A stretch of 64,000 nt of DNA from an uncultured delta proteobacterium (GCA_963728565.1 CAVSLC010000013.1:320001-384000), one strand, 5' to 3'; positions 1-10,078 are shown, counted from the stretch's first letter. The notes: generated by a model not told the origin, from the letters alone. Translations and numbers: made by a program.

Positions 1-1
1 C

Positions 2-2803
2 AATGCTTAGACCCAGCCCTACGCCATCAAATTGCCCGGTGTGAGCCTCTTTGATTTGCTCGAATTCCTGGAAGATCCGGCGAACATCTTCGCTCTCAAT
101 TCCAATACCGGTGTCTGCCACGGTAAATTGAACGCGGTCTCTATCGCGCAGGTTGCGCACTTGCACATCGATTCGCCCTCTAGGTGTGAATTTGCATGCG
201 TTAGCAATGAGATTCTGGAGAATCTCCTCTAGCTTGATTGGGTCAGTAGTTATTGGGGGAACCGTCTCATCGACATCCCAGTTAACCTCCAAACGGCCGT
301 CTCGATTGATTTGCTCCACCTGGTGCCTCGCATGCTCGATCAGTTCTTCAACTTCCACTGTTGCAAGGTCCAGCGACATTTTTCTTGCTTCGATCCGCGA
401 TAGGCTCAAAACATCATTGATCATCTTTAGCAAGACGCGGGAATTCCGCAAAATTTTTTGAATCGCTTTCCTCTGATCAGAGTTAAGAGGTCCGAAGAAC
501 TCGTCCTGCGCCAGATCGGCATTGCCAATGATGACGTGGAGCGGCGTTCGCAGCTCATGTGACATGGCCGAGATGAACTCTGACTTGGCTCGTGTTGCAT
601 CGAGAAGCTCCTGGTTGGTTTTCTCGAGCTCGGAAGTCGTTTTCTTGACTTCGGCAAAGAGTCTGGCGTTTTCCACCGCAACGCCGATTTCCTGGGCAAT
701 GGACTGGATTAGCTGCCGTTCATCTTGAGAGAAGTGACGCTTGGTGCGACTGACAACATGTAAAGTTCCGGCAATGTTCTCTTTAACCATGATCGGAAAT
801 GCGGCGGCGGCTTGAAATCCCAGCGAAACAATCTTACCCGCACTGGTCAACTCGCGGTATCCGGGGTCGTTGACGACATCCTCGAAGATAAGCGAACGGC
901 CCGATCTTATCACCTGACCGCTAATTCCACTCTCCACATTGCGCTCGGCCATGGCTTTGGCGACTTCATCGTTGAGCCCGATTTGGCCCCGTAGATACAG
1001 AACTCCCTTCTCCGGCTCCAATTCGTAAATCCAGACTGCATCGAAATTGAGCGTCTCTGAGATCTTCCTGACAGCTTCCTTGAGAACAGTTTCCAGATTG
1101 AGCGAACGGCTTACGGCCGCGCCGATGGTGTTGAGCACGGCTAGATGCCTCGATCTCGTGTTAACCTCCTCGAATAACTTTACCTTCTCTACTGCAACGC
1201 CGAGATGCTCTGCCATGGAAGTGAGCAGGCGGATCTGATCGGTACTCAGCTTTCTAGGCGATTTGCCATTGAAGACAATGGCGCCGAAAACGCAGGACTG
1301 GGTTTTGATTGGCAGCACGCCGAAAAAGCGCAACTTGGCGTTCCGCGTGGCTCGACTGGTGCTGAGAGAGGCATAAAGCGGGCCGGCTTCAATGTCTTCA
1401 AATATCATCGGCTCGCCCGACTCGACGACTCGGCCGATCACACCCTGGCCTCTTTTGAAGGTATGCACCTCGGTCCAGTGCTCCGGGTCGACTTCAAAGG
1501 AGGCTCGCAATTCCATTTGTTCCATTTCCGCGTCGAAAAGAAAAATCCGGGTCGTTTCAAATTGGAAAATGGCGGTAATCTTATCGATAACTGCCTGCAG
1601 AATTGTTTGTAGATCCAGCGATCTGTTGACAGCAGTCGTCACTTCATAGAGGGCGCCCGTCTCCTCCGTTCGCTGCTTTACTTTCTGTTCCAATGTGGCA
1701 TACGAGGTCTGTAGCGCTTCGGTCATGTCATTGAACTCTTGCGCCAAGTCTTCTACTTCATCACCCGTCGTGATCTCGGCCCTGTGCTCAAGATTGCCAC
1801 CGCGGATGGTTCTGACCGCCTGACGGAGTTCTTGAATCGGTCGACTGATCTTTCGACTCAGCCAGACGATGATTCCCGAACCCACAAGCAGTCCGATGCC
1901 GATTAGCAAAATAGAATAACGGTGCAATTGCTCTAGATCCGCTAGAGCTTCGGCAGCAGGCTGTTCGACGATCACCGCCCATCTCAGGTCGGGTACTTCG
2001 GCGTAGGTGCTTAGCACCTGTGCGCCGTTGATCCCCGCGCCAAGTTCGGCTGGCGCAGGATCGCTGGCTCGATTCGCAAGGAAGCGTTGGACCTTGCCGA
2101 GCTGGCGAAGGTTAAGACGCTTAAGCACCAGCGATGGATCCTGGTGTGCTAGCACATCGCCATTCTCGTCGATCAGGTAGGCGTAGCCACCCCGCCGAAA
2201 ACGGCTGCCGGCGATCACTTCCCAAAGAAACCGAAGATTAACGTGGGCGATTAGGACACCGATGGTTTGTCGCGGAGTTTCCATCAACGGCATGGCGATG
2301 ACGATGTAGGGCTCGGCATGGTCTGAAGTGCGGACGGGGCCGACATAAACTTCGCCCTGAATAGCCTTTGTATAGGCTGTTTCGCCGCTCCGGTTTTGCA
2401 AATCCGAGGGTAGAAAGGCTACAATCTCGGAAGATTTGAGTTTTTCCATTCCTTGACTGTCTAAGATTGAAATCTGCCTGAAAGCCGGATCGTTCTTTAG
2501 CAGCAATAATCCAATCAGACGTTGATCTTCGCTGCCGATAGGGTAACGAGTCATAAACACGCCTGCATCCCGCAACCGCTCCAACTTGCGAGTCACGAAA
2601 TGATGAATTTGCCGCGCCGATGCCGAGGCAATTTCTGTTTGCAGCGCCGCAGTCGACTCATAGATCTGTTTCCGAGTGTAGGTGGAGCCGGCAAACGTGC
2701 TTAGCACCAGGACGCTTCCCAACAGAATCAAGCCAAAAAGCATTAAGCGGCGTCTAATTCCGCCGATATACGGTCGAATAGTAAACTGCTGCCGATCTCT
2801 CAT
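2..2803 (-). CDS. Membrane sensor histidine kinase (TM-Cache-TM-HAMP-GAF-GAF-HisKA-HATPase), 3' end runs off the window
   Basis: Translated by hand; absent from the ORF track because no stop lies inside the window. ATG at 2803 (MRDRQQF...RRLMLFGLILLGSVLVL, TM), two GAF-like repeats (RSLDLQTILQAV...GVAVEK; RSLNLETVLKEAV...GVAVENARLF), H-box MSHELRTPL, and G2 box FDGVGLGLSI in frame at the window edge. Confidence 0.9.
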   Translation of the reverse strand, partial: MRDRQQFTIRPYIGGIRRRLMLFGLILLGSVLVLSTFAGSTYTRKQIYESTAALQTEIASASARQIHHFVTRKLERLRDAGVFMTRYPIGSEDQRLIGLLLLKNDPAFRQISILDSQGMEKLKSSEIVAFLPSDLQNRSGETAYTKAIQGEVYVGPVRTSDHAEPYIVIAMPLMETPRQTIGVLIAHVNLRFLWEVIAGSRFRRGGYAYLIDENGDVLAHQDPSLVLKRLNLRQLGKVQRFLANRASDPAPAELGAGINGAQVLSTYAEVPDLRWAVIVEQPAAEALADLEQLHRYSILLIGIGLLVGSGIIVWLSRKISRPIQELRQAVRTIRGGNLEHRAEITTGDEVEDLAQEFNDMTEALQTSYATLEQKVKQRTEETGALYEVTTAVNRSLDLQTILQAVIDKITAIFQFETTRIFLFDAEMEQMELRASFEVDPEHWTEVHTFKRGQGVIGRVVESGEPMIFEDIEAGPLYASLSTSRATRNAKLRFFGVLPIKTQSCVFGAIVFNGKSPRKLSTDQIRLLTSMAEHLGVAVEKVKLFEEVNTRSRHLAVLNTIGAAVSRSLNLETVLKEAVRKISETLNFDAVWIYELEPEKGVLYLRGQIGLNDEVAKAMAERNVESGISGQVIRSGRSLIFEDVVNDPGYRELTSAGKIVSLGFQAAAAFPIMVKENIAGTLHVVSRTKRHFSQDERQLIQSIAQEIGVAVENARLFAEVKKTTSELEKTNQELLDATRAKSEFISAMSHELRTPLHVIIGNADLAQDEFFGPLNSDQRKAIQKILRNSRVLLKMINDVLSLSRIEARKMSLDLATVEVEELIEHARHQVEQINRDGRLEVNWDVDETVPPITTDPIKLEEILQNLIANACKFTPRGRIDVQVRNLRDRDRVQFTVADTGIGIESEDVRRIFQEFEQIKEAHTGQFDGVGLGLSI

Positions 2804-2811
2804 CGCGGCGC

Positions 2812-3906
2812 TCACTCAAACACTTGGTCGGCTCTTAACAAGATTTCCTTGGCAATCTTCAAATCGATGGCTTTGGCGGTTCGTAGGTTCAGCACCAGGT
2901 TTAGCTTATAGGGTAACTCGATGGGCAGTTCGGACGGTTTGCTTCCCTTGAAGATCTTGTCCGCCAGCGCCGCAGCTTGCTTTCCTAGTGCTGGATAATC
3001 CGCTGCGTAGGTGGCTAGACAACCGCGCTTGACGTTGACCAACAACGAAGTCATCAACGGCAGCTTTTCTTTGATCGCTTGATCGACCACCTGCTCAACA
3101 GCCTCTGTCACTAAACTGTCGGGCGGGTGATAAATGGCATCGTACTTTTTGCGGGTAATTGACTGGGCCACTACGCCCATCTCCTCGACCCGGCGCACAT
3201 GGATTTCGGAATATCCTAGACCAAACTTTGGCGCTGTCGCTTGGACTTCCGCGACAATGGCTTGGTAATTGACGCCATTGGGATCTAGTGGAATGGCGAT
3301 CTTTTTAGTTCTTGGCGCTAGCTCCTTGAGGAGCTCGAATCGCTTGCCGGTCAGCTCCAAAGAGGCCGAACTGATGCCGGCAAGATTGTTACCAGAGCCG
3401 GAGAAGCTCTTGAAAAGTTTCTGAGAGTTTCCCGCGCTCAAAAATACGACCGGAATGGGTGTTCCTTGGGTCGCTCGTGCCGCTGCTACTGTTGCAGTCG
3501 TTGAAGAGGTAACTATCAGATCGACTTTGTCGTGGACAAGTTTATGCGCGATAGTTCGGAGCAGCTCTTCATTCCCTCTCGAGTTGTAATACTGATACCG
3601 AACGTTTTGCCGTTCACGATAACCCAACTCCGTCATACGCTCTCTAAATCCCTCGAATGCGTTGATGAACGAATCGCCGGTGTTGAGTGAACCGATAGAA
3701 TAAATTCTTTGCGCCTTGGCCGGAGACACCGCACTGGTTACCAGAGCGAACGCTATCGTCCAGAAGATAAGCAACTTAGGGATTGGTGATCTTCGTGCGC
3801 GGAGAGAATCTGTCAGAGGGGTTATCATTGCATGCGGCATTGATCCTCCTGATCGCCTTTGTTTCTTCGCCGCAAGGAGCTCTGCAGCGCGGATTTCGTG
3901 AGTCAT
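2812..3906 (-). CDS. ABC-type substrate-binding protein (ABC_sub_bind/TrpX-like); true start probably downstream of 3906
   Basis: Signal-like hydrophobic stretch LLIFWTIAFALVTSAVSPAKA; family-typical KVDLIVT, IPVVF, KRFELLKEL, KPSELPIE, LVLNLRTAKAI, LLRADQVFE. Confidence 0.85.
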   Translation of the reverse strand: MTHEIRAAELLAAKKQRRSGGSMPHAMITPLTDSLRARRSPIPKLLIFWTIAFALVTSAVSPAKAQRIYSIGSLNTGDSFINAFEGFRERMTELGYRERQNVRYQYYNSRGNEELLRTIAHKLVHDKVDLIVTSSTTATVAAARATQGTPIPVVFLSAGNSQKLFKSFSGSGNNLAGISSASLELTGKRFELLKELAPRTKKIAIPLDPNGVNYQAIVAEVQATAPKFGLGYSEIHVRRVEEMGVVAQSITRKKYDAIYHPPDSLVTEAVEQVVDQAIKEKLPLMTSLLVNVKRGCLATYAADYPALGKQAAALADKIFKGSKPSELPIELPYKLNLVLNLRTAKAIDLKIAKEILLRADQVFE

Positions 3907-4198
3907 TGTCCGAAACCCCCATAGTGCGAGGTAAACCGGCGTGCTCTCACAGAACCCTTTGATCGTCGCAAATTAGGCTCGGTAACGACGCAGGATTTGA
4001 GCCAGAAGAGAGATGAAACAGTTCACGAGCAGCTCTGGTGATTTTCGAGGATTTGCGGGGAGTCCTTGTGAAATCTTGCGTGACGAAGAAACTTGGGTGC
4101 TGAGCGCAATAAAACGAAATCAGACTAATAACGCCATATTTGGCTAGAATGACACGTTATGGCTCTGGCGGGAATCTCGCTGTACCTGACGACAAATC

Positions 4199-4948
4199 CT
4201 ACGGCTCGGCGCCTTTACTTTCAACCGCGGCCGCCCCCCCCAGATAAGCCTGCATGATTCTGGGATTGTTCAGCATCTCCGGGCTAGGCCCGGACAGCAC
4301 GATTTTGCCGTTCTCCAGGATGTAAGCGTCATCCGCGATCTTGAGCGCTTGCCGGACATTCTGTTCGACCAAAAAGATAGTCAAGCCGCGCTCGTTCAGT
4401 TTGCGCAAGGTCCTGAAGATTTCTTGTACCAGGAGCGGCGCTAACCCCATAGATGGTTCGTCCAACAGCAGCAATCTCGGTCGTGCCATCAATGCGCGAG
4501 CAATGGCCAACATCTGCTGCTCGCCTCCTGACAGATTGCCTGCAGCGCGTTCGAGTCTCTCTTTCAGTCGCGGAAACAATCCTAGAACGTTTTCTAGATC
4601 AGCTGCGATCTCGGTTTTGTGTCTGTGTCGCCGATACGCTCCGAGTAACAAGTTTTCTCTGACCGTGAGAGTGGTAAGAATTTCCCGGCCTTCTGGGACT
4701 TGGACGATCCCATGCGCAACAATTCGGTGCGGCGGAAGTCGATGCACTTCCATGCCGTCAAAATAAATGGATCCGGCGCTGGCTTTCACAACCCCCGATA
4801 TCGTCAATAGCGTGGTTGACTTACCCGCGCCGTTGGCTCCTAGCAGTGTTGTTATCCGGCCTTGATGGAGCGTTAGATCGATACCCTTCACCGCTTCAAT
4901 TGCGCCGTAGTGGACGTGGAGACCGGCAATCCGCAGAAGCGCTTTCAT
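4199..4948 (-). CDS. livF: Branched-chain amino acid ABC transporter ATPase
   Basis: Walker A GANGAGKST, VPEGREI, LSGGEQQMLAIARALM, LLLDEPSMGLAP. Confidence 0.92.
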   Translation of the reverse strand: MKALLRIAGLHVHYGAIEAVKGIDLTLHQGRITTLLGANGAGKSTTLLTISGVVKASAGSIYFDGMEVHRLPPHRIVAHGIVQVPEGREILTTLTVRENLLLGAYRRHRHKTEIAADLENVLGLFPRLKERLERAAGNLSGGEQQMLAIARALMARPRLLLLDEPSMGLAPLLVQEIFRTLRKLNERGLTIFLVEQNVRQALKIADDAYILENGKIVLSGPSPEMLNNPRIMQAYLGGAAAVESKGAEP

Positions 4949-5733
4949 GCAGGGCGCTCGGAAGAAATCGAATCCGGTTCGTCTTCCCGTCCCAAATACG
5001 CCTCGATAACCCGCGGGTCTTGGCGAATTTGTTCGGGGCTTCCGACAGCGATCACTCGACCGAAATTCATCACAATGATGTGCTTGCAGAGGCCCATGAC
5101 AAAGCTCATGTCGTGCTCAATCAGTAATATGCTAAGGCCACTTTGATCGAGCTTGATAATCTCATCCATCAACTGCTGCTTTTCGACAGGATTCATACCA
5201 GCCGCCGGTTCATCCAAGAGCAGCAACTTGGGCTCGGTCGCAAGCGCGCGAGCAATCTCTAAACGCCGCTGCGCGCCGTAAGAAAGCGTGCCTGCTGCCT
5301 GCTCAGCCGTGTCGAGTAGGCTGACTCTGCGCAAGAGCTCGCGCGCGAGCTCTTCTTCGCGCTGTCTCGAGTGACGCACACCGCGAGCCGAAAGAAGCAC
5401 ACGTGCCGGACTATGGTTGCGTTGCGGCCTGATTGCGACAAGAACATTTTCCAAGACAGACATTTCTTTAAAGATGCGGATATTCTGAAAGGTGCGTGCG
5501 ACACCGCAACGGTTGACCTGATAAGGAGCCATGCCGTTTAGCTCACGTCCTAAGAATTCGATCTTCCCCTCACTCGGCAGCAGTAAGCCTGTGATGAGAT
5601 TGAATACGGTTGTCTTCCCCGCTCCATTCGGGCCGATCAACCCAACAATTCCCCGCTCTGGTAGTATCAAGCTGACGTTTTGGAGCACTTGGAGGCCGCC
5701 GAAACTTTTTGAGAGACTCGACAAACTCAGCAT
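4945..5733 (-). CDS. livG: Branched-chain amino acid ABC transporter ATPase
   Basis: GPNGAGKTT, RTFQNIRIF, LSYGAQRRLEIARALA, IEHDM, VIEAYLG. Confidence 0.92.
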   Translation of the reverse strand: MLSLSSLSKSFGGLQVLQNVSLILPERGIVGLIGPNGAGKTTVFNLITGLLLPSEGKIEFLGRELNGMAPYQVNRCGVARTFQNIRIFKEMSVLENVLVAIRPQRNHSPARVLLSARGVRHSRQREEELARELLRRVSLLDTAEQAAGTLSYGAQRRLEIARALATEPKLLLLDEPAAGMNPVEKQQLMDEIIKLDQSGLSILLIEHDMSFVMGLCKHIIVMNFGRVIAVGSPEQIRQDPRVIEAYLGREDEPDSISSERPA

Positions 5734-5739
5734 GTGCCA

Positions 5740-6597
5740 TTACCGCCGGCCTGTTGGCGACCGCCGTCCTAGAAGTATCAAACCCCAGAGCCCCCGCGGC
5801 GAGTACAACATGATTAGAATCAAGATTATGCCATTGATCAATGGTCTATAGTCACCCAGTCCGCGCAAGAGTTCCGGCAAAACGGTGATCAACACGCCGC
5901 CGAGGACGGCGCCCCATGGACTCCCGGCACCGCCAAGAACACCCATCGCAAGAATTTCCACGCCACGGTCGAAACCATATTCATTGGGACTGATAAAGAA
6001 TGTGAAATGGGCATTAAGTCCGCCGGCTAACCCGGCCAGAGCAGCGCCGCTCACGAAGGCAAACAACTTATAGCCACGGACGTTGATCCCGATCACCTCA
6101 GTGGCGACTTCATCTTGCCGAATTGCCGCCATGGTGCGACCGAACCGCGAATGCGCAGCTCGCAACAAAACGTAAACCGCACCACAGACAGCGACTGCTA
6201 CAGAAAACCAGCTTGTCAACTGCGGAATACCATTGAGCCCAAGGGCGCCGCCTGTTAGATCTTCCGTATTGAGAATCGCTATGCGCACGACTTCACCAAA
6301 TGCCAGAGTCGCCATTGCCAAATAAACACCCGAGAGTTTAAGGGTCGGACGCCCGATTACAAGCGCCACCAGAGCCGACAGCAATGCGCCGAGAACCAGC
6401 GCTGGGAAAAATGATGTCACGCTGTGCAAAGTAAGAAGCGCGGAACTATAGGCCCCTATAGCCATGAATGCCGCGTTAGCTACGCTTAACAGGCCGCAGG
6501 ATAGAGTCAGATAAATGGACAAGGCCAGGAGCACGTTAGTACCGATAGAGAGGACTAGCGTATTGTAGGTTGCCCAAAAGCTATCGAGCCATTCCAT
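5740..6597 (-). CDS. livM: Branched-chain amino acid ABC transporter permease
   Basis: Polytopic; GVYLAMATLAFGE, AIRQDE...GIN motifs; operon position. Confidence 0.88.
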   Translation of the reverse strand: MEWLDSFWATYNTLVLSIGTNVLLALSIYLTLSCGLLSVANAAFMAIGAYSSALLTLHSVTSFFPALVLGALLSALVALVIGRPTLKLSGVYLAMATLAFGEVVRIAILNTEDLTGGALGLNGIPQLTSWFSVAVAVCGAVYVLLRAAHSRFGRTMAAIRQDEVATEVIGINVRGYKLFAFVSGAALAGLAGGLNAHFTFFISPNEYGFDRGVEILAMGVLGGAGSPWGAVLGGVLITVLPELLRGLGDYRPLINGIILILIMLYSPRGLWGLILLGRRSPTGRR

Positions 6598-6648
6598 GCT
6601 CCGGTGTTTGCGGTTCTCTCAGGGAGAGTGATCAAGCGTTTAAGGTTG

Positions 6649-7530
6649 TTATGCGTGGCGCTGGGCGGCACTTCCAAACAGACCATGAGGCCGAAGCAGC
6701 AGAATGGCGAAGAGCAGACCGAAGGCGACGGCATCACGCATGCTCGAGCCAATGTAAGCGACTGAGAAAACCTCCGCAAATCCAAGAAAAAAACCGCCCA
6801 ATAAAGCGCCCCGCATGTCGCCCATTCCGCCGAGAATCACAACTGCGATTCCCTTATGCAATATGGGCTGGCCCATCGAAGGGAACACAGCGTTAGTGTA
6901 TAAGGCGATCAGAACGCCGGCGGCGCCGCCGAGCAGCGCCGCGATCACCGATGTGAGCCGAAACAGCCCCTCAACGTTGATTCCTAGGAATGCGGCCGCT
7001 CTAGGAGATTCCGCCAAGCCACGCACTGCGCAGCCGATGCGAGTCCGCCGCAGCCCCCAGAGTAATACACCCATGAGGACAAAGGCCAAGACAACTATTT
7101 CCAGTTCCAGCCAAGTGATTTGCGCGCCGGGTATGCTCAACGTCTGGACCGGCAATGTCTCAAGCGGAAAGCGCAAGTTTTGCGCGCCAAAATAACCCTC
7201 GATGGAGCTATTTAGCGCGATAGCGAAACCGATGGTTGCAATCATCGGCGCCAGGTGCGGTGCCTGACGCGCTCGCAACGGCGCGAAGATCAGCTTGTCG
7301 AGAACCCAACCGCTAGCGCCCGTAATCAACATCGCAATCAGGATGGCTGCGGGCAGCGGCAGATCTAAAAGCACGACTGCTTGCAAAGCAGAATACGCGC
7401 CGAGCATGAATACCGCGCCATGGGCCAGATTCACCACTCCCAATACGCCGAACACCAATGTAAACCCCAGCGCAAATAGCGCATAGACTCCACCCAGGGA
7501 AAGAGCATTGATGAACTGCTGCGCGAGCAT
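6649..7530 (-). CDS. livH: Branched-chain amino acid ABC transporter permease
   Basis: YALFALGFTLVFGVLGVVNLAHG, VVILGGMG, LRPHGLFG. Confidence 0.9.
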   Translation of the reverse strand: MLAQQFINALSLGGVYALFALGFTLVFGVLGVVNLAHGAVFMLGAYSALQAVVLLDLPLPAAILIAMLITGASGWVLDKLIFAPLRARQAPHLAPMIATIGFAIALNSSIEGYFGAQNLRFPLETLPVQTLSIPGAQITWLELEIVVLAFVLMGVLLWGLRRTRIGCAVRGLAESPRAAAFLGINVEGLFRLTSVIAALLGGAAGVLIALYTNAVFPSMGQPILHKGIAVVILGGMGDMRGALLGGFFLGFAEVFSVAYIGSSMRDAVAFGLLFAILLLRPHGLFGSAAQRHA

Positions 7531-7534
7531 GGGT

Positions 7535-8688
7535 CTATTTTTGGATCACGTACCGGTTGCCTTTGGTCATCATGACAATGGCGGTTTGTACCGCGTCGTA
7601 GCCGGCGGGCTTGCCGTCGCGGCCGCTAACCTGGCGGAATTTAAACGGCCCGGTGGCGCCGGTCCAGTGCGTTGCCGGAAGAGCGTCGCGCACTGCTTTG
7701 CGATCCGCCTCCAGCTTACCGGTTAATTTGATCTTCTTTAAAGCTTGCGCCGCAATGTACATCGCATCGTAGGCCTGGGCGGCAAACTGGTCGGGCGTCT
7801 CCCGATAAGCTTTTTGGTACGCTGCTATAAATTGCCTGTTTTCTGGGGTCGGACTCTCCACCGACCAGGGGCTGCCAACCCACAAATTGTCAGAGCTGTT
7901 TTTAGCAAGCTCAAATATTCTCGGAGAGTTCATCCCATTGCCGCCGATGAAGGGCAGGTCAATGCCCAATTGCCGCGCCTGTACCATGATCGGGGCGCCT
8001 TCGGCGACCAAAGCCGAAAGCACAACCGCGTCAGGATTGCTGGCTTTGATATTGGTCAATTGCGGCTTAAAACCGACATCACCTTTTGCGAAAGTCTCCG
8101 TTGCGGTAACCGGGATCTTCAAGTCCTGCAGAGCTTTCTTGAAGTTATCATAACCGCTCTTGGTAAAGATATCGTCATTACCGTAGAGCACCGCGACTCT
8201 TTTTAAGCCGGTCTTTTGCGCAGCGCTTCGAAGCGTAACTGGCAAAATATCCCGCTCGGTAACCGAATTACGAAACACATAATCGCCAATCGAAGTGATC
8301 CCGTCAGCGGTATTCGAAGTCCCGAAAACGACCGTCTTAGCCGCTTGCGCAACCGGGTCCGATGCCTGCGCTGAATTGGACAGCGTCGGCCCAAACAACA
8401 TCAGCACCTTGTCCTGAAAGATAAGCTTTCTGAAACTATTGATAGCCTCTTCCTTTTTACCCTGCTCATCTTCAATGACCAATTCCAGTCGGGTTTCGCC
8501 GGCGCCGCCGCTGCCATTGATTTCTCGAACTGCCAACTCAAAGCCTTTCCGGATCGGCACACCATATTGCGCAGCGTTGCCGGTCAAGGCGGCGGCAACC
8601 CCTATTTTGATCTGCGCTGCCGCCAGCGACAAGGGCAGAGCAAAAAGGCCGCTGCAATCGCCGTAAGTACACTGTGTTTTATTTCCAC
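7535..8688 (-). CDS. livK: Branched-chain amino acid ABC substrate-binding protein, with an apparent 1-nt frameshift in the signal peptide
   Basis: IKIGVAAALTG...ELAVREIN, AAQAYDA. A GTG at 8688 in another frame gives MEIKHSVLTAIAAAFLLCP, which joins LSLAAAQIKIG after a shift near 8633 and forms a normal signal peptide. Confidence 0.8.
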
Positions 8689-8969
8689 GGAGGCCACCTA
8701 TCGCAGAATATTTGAACCCCATCAATGCCGACCTACACCAATCGTTTGATTAAAAGATACAGGCCGGCGGCCAGCGCACCGACGATCCTGCCATAGATTT
8801 ACAAGGTTGGGTCAGATCATATCGCCGAATGTGAGTCTAACGATTTCGTTGATGATTTCCTGGTAGTAGACCAGCCAGGGCAATCGGCTGGAGCAACAAT
8901 CGGTGTGCAAGTTCATCAGCAGAACACAAGAGGACGCCGATCGGCCACTCGCAATTGTCCGCAGATCAG

Positions 8970-9554
8970 CTATCGCCCTGGTCGCTTTTGCGCGTCCTGG
9001 ACATGCCAGAGGTAAAGGGTGTGATCCCAGTTCGAAGAATCTTTCATATTCTCCGTTTTGAGCGGTTTCCAGTCGCCCATATCGAAGTCGTGAGAGACAA
9101 TCCGGGAACCAGGTTTCATTTGCTTCCAAATGTTTGGCCGGATCAGGAGATTAACCTCGGGCAATAGATACATCGTCAGCACCGACGCTGGTGCTAGGTC
9201 GACAGTTCTGATGTCTTGCTGGCGAATTTCCACCAAATGTCCAACCCCGGCCTTCTTGATATTCTCTGTGGACTCCTTGATTCGTTCCGGATCGATCTCG
9301 AAACCGATCGCTCTGACACCGTACTTCTTTGCGGCGGTGACGACGATTCTCCCATCGCCGGATCCGAGATCATACACCACATCGCCCTTTTTAATCTGGG
9401 CCAAGTCGAGCATCCGATCGACCACCTCCTGCGGCGTCGGAACGTAGGGAACGATTTTCCCTTCCTGTGATTGAGCTACACCCAGGTTGAAGACCGCTGC
9501 CGCGATTAACAGAAGCGCGAGAGCTAGGGAATTGATCCGAATAGTTTTGTTCAT
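8970..9554 (-). CDS. Class I SAM-dependent methyltransferase, FAM173/aKMT-like, with N-terminal signal peptide or anchor
   Basis: VPYVPTP, motif I YDLGSGDGRIV, GFEID, RIVSHDF..GDWKP; SD GGAGAGG before ATG 9554; hydrophobic LALALLLIAAAVFNLGVAQS. Confidence 0.85.
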   Translation of the reverse strand: MNKTIRINSLALALLLIAAAVFNLGVAQSQEGKIVPYVPTPQEVVDRMLDLAQIKKGDVVYDLGSGDGRIVVTAAKKYGVRAIGFEIDPERIKESTENIKKAGVGHLVEIRQQDIRTVDLAPASVLTMYLLPEVNLLIRPNIWKQMKPGSRIVSHDFDMGDWKPLKTENMKDSSNWDHTLYLWHVQDAQKRPGR

Positions 9555-9627
9555 TGCTGCCTCTCCAGGATGTTTGCTCGATATATTTCCAATAACTAGA
9601 AGACAGTCAGCGAAGCGCCAATAACGG

Positions 9628-9933
9628 TCAACCATTCTTCTGCCAAAATCTGCCGAGCCAGCTATCATTTTCCTTCCCCGCGACCTGTTCTATTTCACCG
9701 GGGTCCAGCCAGATGCCACTACATCCGGTGCATTGGTCGATCTCAATCTTTTGAAAGCTCCTGGTCTTTAGCGGTTGGCCGCATTTGGGGCATGTCATGT
9801 GCGCAACGGTCTTGCCGGCCGCTTTATTCTCAGCCTCCTGTTTTGCCTTGAGTTTGGCGAGAAGCTCCCGCTCTTTTTTTACAAAATACTCGTCTTCTTG
9901 CGCCTTCTTCCGTTCGTCCCATTTATCAGCCAT
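9628..9933 (-). CDS. zf-TFIIB zinc-ribbon protein with N-terminal charged helix
   Basis: CPKC...IEIDQCTGCSGIWLDPGE is the zf-TFIIB pattern; SD AGGAGG upstream. Confidence 0.85.
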   Translation of the reverse strand: MADKWDERKKAQEDEYFVKKERELLAKLKAKQEAENKAAGKTVAHMTCPKCGQPLKTRSFQKIEIDQCTGCSGIWLDPGEIEQVAGKENDSWLGRFWQKNG

Positions 9934-10078
9934 GTCGTCCTCCTACTTGATCTCATAACTGCTTCAAAAGATTGCGAGGTAAAAACTTCTTGACCTGCCC
10001 AGCCGGATGCACGGTGGCAGAAGCTATGCGGGGCCGAAGGCTATCCCAAATACATGGAGCTTGGACGATCGATAATGA

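Noticed and set aside
19-2951. Many short ORFs in the track
   Set aside because: They are antisense or off-frame shadows of the long kinase ORF that runs off the window.
8812-9129. 105-aa minus-strand ORF
   Set aside because: Overlaps the methyltransferase out of frame, with no recognisable motif or clear SD.
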